NCBI GenBank assembly: GCA_964658305.1
Contig: OZ210884.1
Span: forward strand, 5,952,001-6,016,000
DNA length: 64,000 nt
Source of the DNA: Leptogorgia sarmentosa
Taxonomy: Eukaryota
Direction of reading: 5' to 3'
Shown: in pieces, positions 50,208 to 61,584 of the stretch
Numbering within the stretch: position 1 is the first letter of the stretch
How the letters are laid out: each line of letters starts with the position of its first letter
The notes under the pieces: generated by a model
What the model was told of the DNA's origin: nothing
The model's input: the letters and a program-made list of their open reading frames with translations, nothing else
Databases searched by the model: none
Translations under genes and position numbers: made by a program

Positions 50208-53200
50208 AACAAGGGGGAATTTCATTTCGAACCAATCAGCGCGTTTGTTGACATTTTCGTAATAGACCAATCAGAATGCGCCAAACGCTAATATATAAAC
50301 AAACGGAGTGAGAAAATAACACCTTTTTCAAAACCCTCCGTGAGCTTTGCTTTTGAGTTTTTCATTTTAAAACTCACAAATTCTAGTTCAGCGGCACCTT
50401 CTCTATAAATTCCTCGTGTAATTCTTTAAAATTTCAACTACAACCGAAATTATCGACGTCGAATCATATGCATCGAAAAGCATATTTGAGCTGGCGAAAT
50501 AAAAATTATTTCATCTGTGTGTCAATTTCCTTGGGTATCTGGTGAATTGTGTCATTTACGGGATCTACACAATTTTAGATTAACAAGCTACCCAAATAAT
50601 AGTTTTTTGAGTGAATGATGTGATAGCAAATTTGCACACCCAGGCCCCATCGAATATTCGAAAGAACGTATTATATACTTTTTGAATTTTACCGCCATGT
50701 TCGCAATACAGAATTATGCAGTAAATAAGGCTTTTTGGCGCCAATATAATAGGCGAACAAAAGGCGGGAAAATATATTCTTAATCTCTACAACAACTACT
50801 GGAAAACTCCAAAGCAAAATATGCCTAAATTTAAGAGGTGTTGTGGTAATCCCTTTCATGAGCAGTGGACAAATAATGATGGGGGACTAGTCGTGAACCT
50901 TACTGCACGGGGTTTGCTTTCTCTGTCGAAGGTTTTCGAGAGTTTTGTCGAGGCAGAAGTGGGCAAAAAGGCTCCCCGTGGTGTAAAATTTATTTGCACT
51001 TCGTGTCTTGGACTATGTTTTAAAAAACGAAAATTCACAAGATTTCTCCCAAAGGATTCGCCTGAACTTGAGAGGAAAGTTCAAAGACAGGTATGCAAAG
51101 TTGTGATTATTTTCAGAAAAAAATTACTGAAATTATTAAAAAAAATTCAGAAAAAAAACACAAGTTTTTCGTGAGTTTTAATTACATCTTTGAAGTTTCA
51201 ATTAGGATTGCAAATTATATTCATTTCTTAATAACTGGTGCAACAACACAACATTGGTTAAAGTGTTGAACCCAATATATAAGTAAGTCTATACAAACTG
51301 ATATCTACTTGGCTCAGACACTTATACCACTCAGGCCTTGTCTATGAAAATACATGTCCTTTTTATGCACCATTTACCCTTTAGCTCAGTAACATGGTTA
51401 GCACCACAGAAACACCAGTACCTGTTCAGAATGAGCAATTGAAAGCAAAAGATGATCCATCTTGCTCTGGCAGCCAGCTAGGTGATGTATTAGTCAGTAC
51501 CCTTGAAGAACAACAAAATCTTGAAAGACTGCAAGATCCTGAATACAGCAATAGTCAGCTAAGTGATGAAACAACCGTTACTGCAAGTTCTCACAGCCAG
51601 ACAACTACTGTGGACAGTCAGGACTCCACTTTTTTAAAAACAGCATCAAAAGTCTATGCTGATGTTGAATGCCAGACAACAGATGGTGTTTTCTTGTCAG
51701 GTGAAGAATACAATGAGCTATTAAAACAAGCATCACTCTGCCCTGATTTTAAAAAGAATCTGAATAACATCAGATCACATTTGCAAAACGTGGAACAGCC
51801 TGAAATGGATCCAGAAGGATTTCAAAAAATTTGCAGAGACAGTAATGCTGAGAATCTGTATTTTTGTATTTATGATGCCATATGCACAGATCAGATGTCA
51901 GATGAGCGCAGAAATTTGGCTAAAATTCGTACAATGGTGATTATCTATATTATGGTATACTCACAATCACAAGGGTGTAATTCATTCCAGATTGCTCTGT
52001 CCAGAACACTCCAACAGTTTGGAATCAGTGAAAAGGGACTGGAATCCTTACGCAATCTTGGTATCACTGCACACCCTCGTACAGTGAAAGTTCAATCAAA
52101 GTTGTCATCCTCTGTACATTTGGATACTGTTCAGAGCTTCATTGAATCGGCTATTGAAAATGAGCATCTGCTTATATTTCTGATTGATGACTACCATAAC
52201 ATTCACACGAAGCATCGTCCTGAAGCAAAAAAACAAACACAAGACATTCACATGGCAACCCTTCTCTTGAAAGTATTTCCTGAAGTTAAAGCTATCCCCA
52301 AAAATGTTGACTTACATCCCAAAAGTCCTGTAACAATTCCGGAACTCAAAGCCTTCTTGTCAAGTAACATGGACAATCTTTCAAAAACATATGCAGAAAT
52401 TATGCCTGATTGGGTTGTTGCAAAATACTTTGACCGTGAAGAGGAGAGACAAAGACTATTAGTTCACGACTATCAGCAGACTGAAAACCAGCAAATGAGG
52501 TGCATGCATAACACAAAACTTGTTGACAGCCTTGAACTACCTCTAAAGTGTTGTGACAATGTTCTGACAGCAGTTAAAAAAGTCCTTGCTAGTGGACTAG
52601 AAATTTACCTTGATAAATTTGTTGCTGCCTTTGTTGGTGACTGGCCCATGCAGTTCTATGTTCGACAACTGGTTTACTCCACATCTCCCAGCACACCAGC
52701 TGTTCTCAAGAATGTCATTCCACTAATTGGACCACTCCACATTTCCTTGAATGCCAGAGAATGTGTACTGCTAATTTTCCATGAGATCTTTGCAGACTTA
52801 TACAAATTCATCTTTGGGGAAAATGCCAAGCTGGCAAAAAAACCAAAACCTTGGAGGATTTCCTTGTTGCTGGAAATAATCTATGGTGGATGGACTCTCA
52901 TACGAGATATGGTTCTCTCAGTTTTTTTCAAGTGTAAAGACATTGAGTACTTAACACTTATCAATCTTCTCGATAGCTATGTTCCACTGGTCTTGAGTAT
53001 TTACTCTATTGTATTCAAGTGCAACAAATATCAAGAATTTTCACTCTCATTGCTGCAATGTTGGGTCATGTGTGTTAAATAAAGCACTTTTGGTGTCCTT
53101 GTCCATATTCCATCATTGGCAAAAAAACTCCCCAACAATGTATGAAATCTTGCACAACTACTTAGTTGCACTAGATGAATACCCAGTTGAAAACTTTCAC

Positions 53201-54802
53201 TCTGTTTTACGAGGACGAACCAAGGAAACCGATTCACCAGAGCAGATAGCATTTAAAGCCAAAGAAATTGATGCCTGCAAACACATGTTACAGTCATTCC
53301 AGTCAGCATTTGTACCACCGAGAAAGTTTACCTTCAGCAGGAAAAAAATTGATGTGCTCAAGGCAAAAGCTGCTGAATTCCTCACCAATATATTTGAGAC
53401 CCTTCATGACAACCCAAACATGGCAGTTGAGCTTCCAAGAAAACCACGAAAGGCCAAATACATGACGAAGTGGAAGCTTCCTAATTTGTTCGGCGAAAAG
53501 GTTGTAACTAACCAAGTGCTCCCATTGGGATTCACATCTGTTCAGAATTCCCCAAACCCAGCAAGGTAATGGTCAATTGTATAGTACCAAAGGTTCCATA
53601 TAACTAGAATACCTAAGACTAAGTTTCCTTTTTAATATAGCAGCTTAGAGTGCACAATCCTAATATCAGCAGCTATGTAGTTGTTTGTTGTATCCACAGT
53701 TATTTGTTGTAATAGACCTTCCAATTCCATATATTTAGTGGTTGTTTTCCTACCAGTTTAAAACAAACAAAATGTCAAATCAAGTGCCTAGGTATTCTAC
53801 AGTTATCGAATCCTTTGGTTGTATACCAAGCTAGAATACTCTGTTTATATACGAGGTTTCATAGGGCACATATTCACTTGTTAGTTGTAATGTTATTGTA
53901 AATCCGTTGCAGAAAATGCGACATACCAGAATGCACGAAGAATAGCCTGCTCTGGACAGTGTTCCGAGGTTGTGGTCATTCATTCCACGTGGAATGTCTT
54001 CTCCCAGATGTCAGCATCTGCAAGATTTGTGAGGCGACTTTGCTGTCCAAGATCGAAGATCTTGGAAAAACGGCAAATGATGCCGTGCTGAATAGCGGTT
54101 CCCATTCCAGTGAAGATGGTGACGAGAACACAAGTGACGAGGACGAATCAGACGACGAAACAGAATGCTTATACGAGAACGAACAACTCCAACAACTGCA
54201 AAGTGTGGACACTCTGTTGCGAAGAATAAGTTTGTGGCAAAGACCAGAAGTTCCACAACAATAGTGCATCGTAGAAAACTACTGTTTGCGTCTTCTTCTG
54301 GATTTTATTGCAGCTGGCTGGGATATAACCCTTATAATTTGTACATAAAAACAAACAATTTTCGCCGATCGAAATTTACAATGATATTTGGCAACAGCGA
54401 CTGAGGAGACCGGAACAGTCGTTTCCAGACCATTTTCAACATACATAAACATGACGAAAGGTATTAAATATTAACTTTTTCATATGCATGAATAGAAATA
54501 TCAGGCATTCTATAGGTAGGACATTCTGTTTAAAAGACCGCTGTTCTTCGACGTCGATAATTTCGGTTGTAGTTGAAATTTTAAAGAATTACACGAGGAA
54601 TTTATAGAGAAGGTGCCGCTGAACTAGAATTTGTGAGTTTTAAAATGAAAAACTCAAAAGCAAAGCTCACGGAGGGTTTTGAAAAAGGTGTTATTTTCTC
54701 ACTCCGTTTGTTTATATATTAGCGTTTGGCGCATTCTGATTGGTCTATTACGAAAATGTCAACAAACGCGCTGATTGGTTCGAAATGAAATTCCCCCTTG
54801 TT
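50208..54802 (+). mobile_element. 4.6-kb DNA transposon with 256-bp TIRs (KDZ/Dileera-like or Mutator-related; family uncertain)
   Basis: TIRs 50208-50463 and 54547-54802 look identical by eye. TSD CCCCTCCAG (50199-50207, 54803-54811), or 7 bp if the terminal G/C belong to the element. Empty sites near 8145 and 27240. Confidence 0.9.
50821..54264 (+). pseudogene. Three-exon transposase-like gene with N-terminal Cys/His motif and C-terminal RING-H2; frameshifted near 53075
   Basis: Exons 50821-51090, 51385-53565, 53913-54264. Motifs CCGNPFH..ICTSC, IDDYHNIH, VGDWP, IGPLHISLN, EYPVENFHS, C-x4-C..CGHSFHVEC..CKIC. The frame changes between ORFs 51394 and 53009. Confidence 0.75.
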
Positions 54803-55150
54803 CCCCTCCAGCGAATAATGAGGGCAAAATCAAAGAAAAGAGGAATTAAAGACCCCAAAAAGGCCATTTCCGATCTAGAAACCTCAAATTCTAAAAAAAA
54901 TTTCAGTCGCCGCCAACCATGGTTGCGTCTCGTAGGCTCCAACTTCCCGGAACTACTATTGCGTTGCTATGTCCAAGAAGAGAATACCTGGCGCACCAAG
55001 TAATAAATAGACAAAGGGGGGAATTTGTGCATTCTCCGTCTTTAAATTTGCTAAAAATGTTTTGAACCATTAAATATTCGCGCGTTGAAAAGTAGCTTTG
55101 AAGTTTATTTGGTAAACCAAATTACCAAATAAAACGTAATTGTGAAACGT

Positions 55151-56486
55151 ATGATGTATAAGACGTAATTGTATAACGAAACGTACTGTGGAATACGTAA
55201 AATTAGTGACATGTTCCAGGTAAGGTTGAATCGCAACAAGTCTGGAGTGGAGGAGCAATGTATTGTAAGAGTAGCATTTGAACAAAATCAAAATAGTCTA
55301 CGAATATAATTTATTTAAGCGATTCACATACGAAGTTTTAACGTTCCTAACATGCAACCTGGGAAACATGCTGTGGAAACCACTGGATGGTGTGTACGGA
55401 TCTAAAATATTCCATACATGACGTAACACCATTTTTTCGAGATGTTTGTTCTTATATATGCCTACTGTCCTTAAACCCTCTGTGCAAAACTTTTATGTTA
55501 CCCCGGGAGCAAATGTTGTTCGGTTGCCCAACAATGTCTCCTTGGTTTATCCAAGGCTTTTTACACCCATGTTCATGAATGGATACGGGCTTTCTTCCAA
55601 GCTAGCTTTCCTCATCTTTTTTTATCTTTTACTTGTTAGCAACAAACCAAATGTCTACAATGAAGTCGAATACTTATACCGGCAGGAATCACAATCTTGG
55701 TTTGAAAATGGGTGTCTTCGGCACTGGACATGGTGTCAAAAACTCTTTATTGTCTTCCTTGAAAAGCTTTTTGAAAAAACCGCCCTCTTTATTTCGCGGC
55801 GGCCATTTCATATCATATTCACATGTCTGTTTGTTGCCATTGTCTTTACCTGTGGATTTGTGAAGTTAGAGCCCGAAGAAAATGTAAAATACTTGTTCCT
55901 GCCAGAAAACAGCGAAGCATCGCAGGATATACGCAAGGCACGAGATTTGGGATTTGAACTTGAAGTGCGACAAGAGGAGATTATTTTTTTACCAAAGCAA
56001 AACAAGTCTGTTCTTTCGGAGGAATGCATGTTTGTCCGAAATGATTGATTTACAGGAAACACAATTTTTATGATTATGTTGTGTAAATCAATCATTTCGG
56101 ACAATGATGCTCAGTTCTCTGTTCTTTGGAATAATTCCCACCGAGTGCCGTCAATTAGATCCACAACAACGCTTACTTCTTCAAGTTGTTTACGAAGCAA
56201 TTGAAGATGCAGGAATGCGCCTTGAAGATTTGCAACAATGCCGAACCGGCGTTTATGTTGGATTAATGAACTTAGAATATGGTTCGCTTGTTTTAGAGTC
56301 ATCCAATATTCGAACCATTGATCAATTTTCGCCCACAGGTTGTGCCATGTCCGTTATTGCCAATCGCATTTCTTTCGCATTCAATCTTACTGGGCCCAGT
56401 TTAACACTGGATACAGCCTGTTCGTCATCCTTAGTGGCCTTCGACGTTGCCTTTGGACACCTACAAACTGGTGAATGTGACGTAGC
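55151..56486 (+). pseudogene. Copy C: pseudogene of the Patched-PKS fusion
   Basis: Exon 1 (55151-55219) is 2 nt short and out of frame. A 4-bp insertion near 56026 is followed by a ~2.5-kb deletion joining the first luminal loop to KS. The KS fragment (DTACSSS) is cut by an LTR at 56487. Confidence 0.9.
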
Positions 56487-59400
56487 TGTGGCGTACAAAC
56501 CACTTAACTGACTCAATTTATGCTGGTTCTCTGTGTAATTAACCTCTTGATGACTCGATTGCAAAGGATTGTATTATTTAATATCTCAATTTTCAAACAT
56601 ACAGAAAATATGAACCTTTCGCCTTCGTTTTACTTTTCGTACCGTTTCTTTGTCCAGCGGTCATTATTATTATTATTATTTGAAACTTAATGTTATATTA
56701 CTTTGTTCGTTCACAGGCTCCCCGCCTTTCGACAGCTTTGTCGAAACTACTGGTCCCCTGATTTTTCCAATATACATATCTTGGTAGCGGGGCGTTTACA
56801 AATGCCATGCTTCGTCTTGACCTCTACTGACCGCACTATTCCATCCTGTGCCGTATGTAACGCCTGCACTTTTCCCAACAGCCATTGTCCACGGGGTTGA
56901 TTGGACTCAATCACCAAAACAACGTCCCCAATCTGTAAATTTTCTTGGTCCGTTTGCCATTTCTTTCTTCGCGTGAGTCCTGCCACTCGCTCGAATCTCC
57001 GCTCTGGCCATTTTTCCTCTCCTTCATGCAAGAAATCTGGACCACTTTGCCATCTACTCGTGGGTCCAAGCTTACACAGTTGAAGGCCTCTCGTTGCATC
57101 ATCGGCTGGGTTCAGTGCGGAAGGAATATAGCGGAAATATGCGTTTCCTTCACCAAACATTTCTTTCAAACGAGCTAGTGTGTCGTCTATTTCGGCGACT
57201 CTATTTCCTACGAACGTATGGAAGCAATTACTTGATTTCTGAAGCCATTGTAACACTATAGCTGAGTCTGACCAGAGTATAACGCGATGTATGTGTGTCT
57301 CTAGTTCGTTTATCAATGTCTCCGCCAAACGAACTGCAACCACAGCACCCATCAGCTCTAGGCGTGGAATTGAGAGGCGTTTTAATGGTGCCACTCTGGC
57401 TTTGGCCGCTATCAGCTTACATTCAATCGTACCGTCCTCATAACAGTGCACTAAATAAGCACATGTTCCGTAAGCCTTCTCGCTCGCGTCTGAAAATACC
57501 ATCAGTGAGATAGATGTTGGACAATCCTGTCGTGTGCGAAAAGGTCGGGGAATCACAATATGGGATAACTGTTTTGCTTCTTCGTACCATCGATACCATT
57601 CGATGAGCTTCTCCTCGGGAATGGGAGCGTCCCAATCAACCTTTCTTTCCTTTTTCTGCTGTGAATTATCAATCCATAACTTCTGCAGAAACATCTTCGC
57701 TCGGATAATGAATGGGATGATCAAACCACGAGGATCCCAGATGGCGAATACTTGGCTTAGTATTTTTCTGTGAGTATTCCCAGGTGCCGACATTTCCACC
57801 TTGTAGCTAAACGCATCTGCTTCTGCATCCCAGTATGTTCCCAAGGTTCTTTCGACAGGAAGTTGATCCCCTGAAAGGTTATGCACTTTCGCCGATCGCT
57901 CGGATTCTGGAACTGAGCGTAGCACTTCTTTCGAATTTGATAGCCATTTGTGCAGGCGGAATCCTGCCTTGGCCATCAGTCCCGTCAGCTGTTGAACCAC
58001 TCGAACTCCTTCTGATACCGAATTAACTGAACCCATAGCGTCATCCATGTAGAACCATTTGTCCACGATAGAGCTCACCAGCGGATACAAATGTTGATGG
58101 TCTTTGGCTGCGAGACGGATGACATAATTGGCTCGTGCAGGGGCTCCAATTTCTCCGAATAGCATGCACTCGAACTGATACACTTCCACGTCTGCAGATG
58201 GTTTCATCCGCCAGAGAAATCGTAATGCAGCTTTATCACGTTCAGGAACCGCGATTTGGTGATACATTTCTTGAATATCGGCAGCGACAGCGATAGGTTT
58301 TTCGCAAAATCGAAGCAATACACCAAGTAGTGATGGGAGTAAATCTGGTCCTTTGTACAAAACGCTGTTGAGGGACGATCCATTAAATACTGCAGACGCG
58401 TCATATACTCGGCGCAGACGTTCTGGTTTGCGTGGGTTGACAACGGGATGATGGGGTAAATACCAGGACACAGGGCTCGGAGATTTTGCCTCTTCTGGTG
58501 AAAGTTTTCGTATGTAACCCTTTTGAATATCCGTTTCAATTGACTGTTGATATCTCTTCCTCAGTGCTGGATCCTTCTCTAATTTCTTCTCCAGGGAAAA
58601 TAATCTTCTCATGGCACCTTCTTTGTTGTCAGGGAGTTTGGGCTCGTTTGACTTCCATAACAATGGAGAAACGTATGCGTCTCTATTTGGCAATTTGTGT
58701 GTTGTTGCTTTCATCATTCGAAAGGCTCGCGCATCATCTTTAGATTGTGTGACCGCACGGTTATCTTTGATGCCCAAAATATCGATACTCGTACTAGACT
58801 CAATTACGTCCATAAGTTTCCTGTTCTCGTCAGTTTCTACTCTTGCTCTGAACGCGGAAAACTGGTGGGATTTGGTTGTACCGGGTAAACAATTAACAGC
58901 AACCCATCCGAGAGGTGTACACAATGCAATTGGCAGCCGAGCAGTTCCGGGTCCGGGTGCTGGTTGAACAATCTCCGAGGGAATGAGGAGCCTGCCGTTG
59001 TTCGAACCGATCAGTATGGAAATCTCTTCCCCATTAACATCGGGTAGATCAACATCACAAAGATAATTCAGATCTGGTTTAACGTCGGACCACTTCACAT
59101 GATAGGAGGGGCCTGGCAAGGCTAAAATGGTTTGCACATCATACAAGGCGAACTTTCGATAAGGATCTTTTACCGACGACAAATAGACTGGTTGGGAGAT
59201 GGTAATGGACTCTACCGTGTTAGCCCCATTGACTCCAGTAATAGTAACTTTCTGTGAATTTCCATGATCTTGCACAAGTCCCAGCTCGTGGGCCTTATTT
59301 TCCGACATTAATGTACAGTCACACCCGGAATCCAACATTGCTAAAACTTCACTTTGTTTTCCATCTTTACCATGCACAATCACAGGCAACACTTGTAACA

Positions 59401-59829
59401 AGGCTCTCTTCGGCTGGTATCCATAGCAAGCTGTTCGACGTGTTTCTTGTCCCAAGTCTGCTTCCGCTGTGCTTAGCGCTTTTGGTGTATTCATTTGACT
59501 GGAATTGTCTCTTGGTGTGAAACTCGGGGCTATGGGACTGACACCTTCTCGTTTACGAGCTGGGGATGGTTTGCTTCGTAAGGATTGAATGTCGTGTAAC
59601 AACTTATGGTGGTTATCTGTGCACCCATCTGTACCACACTTCATTTTCCGATTGCAGCTTCTTGCTAAATGATTACTCTTAAGGCACCCAAAACACAGTT
59701 TAAACTTGCGGATAACGTTTTCCTTCTCTTGAGGTGACATCTGCTGAAATGCTTTACAACAATCGAGTGTATGGTTACGTGAATTATGAACTGGGCAGCT
59801 AATGCTAGTTTCTTCTCTAGTATAGCTTG
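56487..59829 (-). mobile_element. BEL/Pao LTR retrotransposon (3' part), integrase core deleted, interrupted in gag by Gypsy
   Basis: 3' LTR 56487-56715 (TGTG...CACA) follows a purine tract. ORF has knuckles CFGCLKSNH..C, protease LDSG, RT YMDD, RNase H FSDASEKAYG/IPRLEL, and integrase tail GDVVLV..PRGQW. Confidence 0.92.
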
Positions 59830-60437
59830 TGTGACCGGATGATGCGTATCCGTATTTACTTATTTTGTTAGTTAAATGGCGTAGTTAGGCCACAGTAATT
59901 TCCTATGCAAACCCCAATTACGCAAATAGTTTCAAGCTCATCCAAGGTCATAGCTTAAGGGAAGTCAAAACTGCAGAATCATGCTTCTAGCATTATCTTG
60001 CGACGCAGATCCTGTTTTTGTGGTTAATTTTCTGTAACGTAAAGTTGCTTTCAGCATGAGTGAGCAACCGCAAATCTTCCTTTTACCACGCATTTTACGC
60101 AAATGCTACGCACGCGAAAATTGCTAATCTTCCTGTGTGTGATTATAAATTGAGCGCACAAAAGTATAATACTGATTCAGTCGCTGTTGCGCAGTCACGG
60201 TTAACGCGTATAATGTACGGAATCTACGTGTATATTGGTCGTTCAATGTGGATATACGACGTATGTTTGTAAGAAACCTCGCGGAGTCAAGCCTCGGGTG
60301 ACATTAGTGTTCAATTCGTTCTCGTTTATTCGTTTATTGTATTCGTTTATTGTATTCTGGTTTGTAATCGCTTATTAAAGTCTTTAAAAACTCACTCGTA
60401 TCTTTGTGCGTAACCCGACCGTACCGGCCGTCTTACA
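59830..60437 (+). repeat. 5' LTR of Gypsy element
   Basis: Begins TGTGACC where BEL coding ends and finishes ..TCTTACA just before the PBS; left edge uncertain by about 2 bp. Confidence 0.7.
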
Positions 60438-60440
60438 TTT

Positions 60441-60458
60441 TGGTGTCAGGAGTGGGAT
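60441..60458 (+). other. Primer binding site (probably tRNA-Leu)
   Basis: TGGTGTCAGGAGTGGGAT, 3 nt after the LTR end. Confidence 0.75.
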
Positions 60459-60525
60459 ACGAGTTGTTCTGTTTGAGAAGCTTGATAAGAATAATACAAA
60501 ACGAGAACGAATTAGCACTGTAGGT

Positions 60526-61551
60526 ATGGCAACAGAAGAAGCTATTAAGGCGCTGGCCGATAAACTGAAGGAGTTGGAGACTCAACTTGCACAATCCCAG
60601 CCTGGACCGATAACGGTAAAAGTTCCAAGAGACAGGAAGCTACGAAGGTTCACGGGAGTACGGGACGATAGCCTTCTCGAGGACTGGATCGTAGACGCCG
60701 AGCGGTCAATAGCTGGACAAACCGATGCCGACGCGGTGGATTTCCTGATGTACCATTTGGACGGTGCAGCGAAGGACGAGATACGACTGACACCGGCTGG
60801 GGAGAGAGAAAGACCTGCACAGCTGTTTAAGATCCTGCGTGATAGTTTCGGCGAGGGGCTAACCAGTACACAAGCCATGCGGAAGTTCTTCGAGCGTAAG
60901 CAACGGGATCGAGAGACGGTACGGGACTTCTGTCATGCGTTAATGCTCCTGTTGGCTCGTGTAGAACGCTTGCAAGGTACGGACGTCCCGAACAAAGATC
61001 GACTCCTGCAGGATCAGCTTCTGGAAAACCTCCGTGATGCTAGCCTTCGACGCGATATCAAGCGCTGGGTGCGTGATCATCCCGATAAATCGTTCCAGCA
61101 AATACGCGAAGAGGTTCAGCATTGGATTGACGAGGATGGCGGTAACTCCCGGTCGGCGCGTGTACGCGAAGTGGCGCAGGTAGAAGATGATGCTACCACG
61201 TGCGAGTCCACGCAAGCGGCACCCAACCTCCAGAAGGTAATCAACGATTTAGTCTCGGGGCAGCGGATCTTGACGGAAAGCCTACAAAAGCAGCAAGATC
61301 TACTGACGGACCACATCGAGCGGCAGCGTAGGGCCACGAAGAGAAACGAACGGGCTATCGCGGAGTTGCGCGCGGGCAAACGAGAGCCACAAGACCGTAA
61401 GAGACTCGAGTGTTATGGTTGCGGTAAAGTCGGACATTATCGGCGAGATTGTCCCAACGAGGAGCAAAATCGTGTTCCGGGCGGCGGAAAGGCGGACGAG
61501 AGGAGTGGCCGAAGGAAGTCGGCTTTAAACGAGAACGCTCCACGGCAGTGA
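60526..61551 (+). CDS. gag: Ty3/Gypsy Gag
   Basis: First ATG after the PBS; KLRRFTG, FFERKQRDRETVRDF, CCHC knuckle CYGCGKVGHYRRDC. Confidence 0.88.
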   Translation: MATEEAIKALADKLKELETQLAQSQPGPITVKVPRDRKLRRFTGVRDDSLLEDWIVDAERSIAGQTDADAVDFLMYHLDGAAKDEIRLTPAGERERPAQLFKILRDSFGEGLTSTQAMRKFFERKQRDRETVRDFCHALMLLLARVERLQGTDVPNKDRLLQDQLLENLRDASLRRDIKRWVRDHPDKSFQQIREEVQHWIDEDGGNSRSARVREVAQVEDDATTCESTQAAPNLQKVINDLVSGQRILTESLQKQQDLLTDHIERQRRATKRNERAIAELRAGKREPQDRKRLECYGCGKVGHYRRDCPNEEQNRVPGGGKADERSGRRKSALNENAPRQ

Positions 61552-61584
61552 GCCATGCCGTGGAGAAGGATAACAGTGGCTCAT
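61524..61584 (+). promoter_or_regulatory. -1 programmed ribosomal frameshift signal: slippery T TTA AAC plus H-type pseudoknot
   Basis: Heptamer 61524-61530, 7-nt spacer, stem 61538-61547/61556-61565; loop tgagcca pairs with tggctca at 61577-61583. Confidence 0.85.

Noticed and set aside
55446..55640. Long N-terminal extension in ORF 55446..56048
   Set aside because: The region is intron 1: it is frameshifted in copy A and largely absent in copy B.
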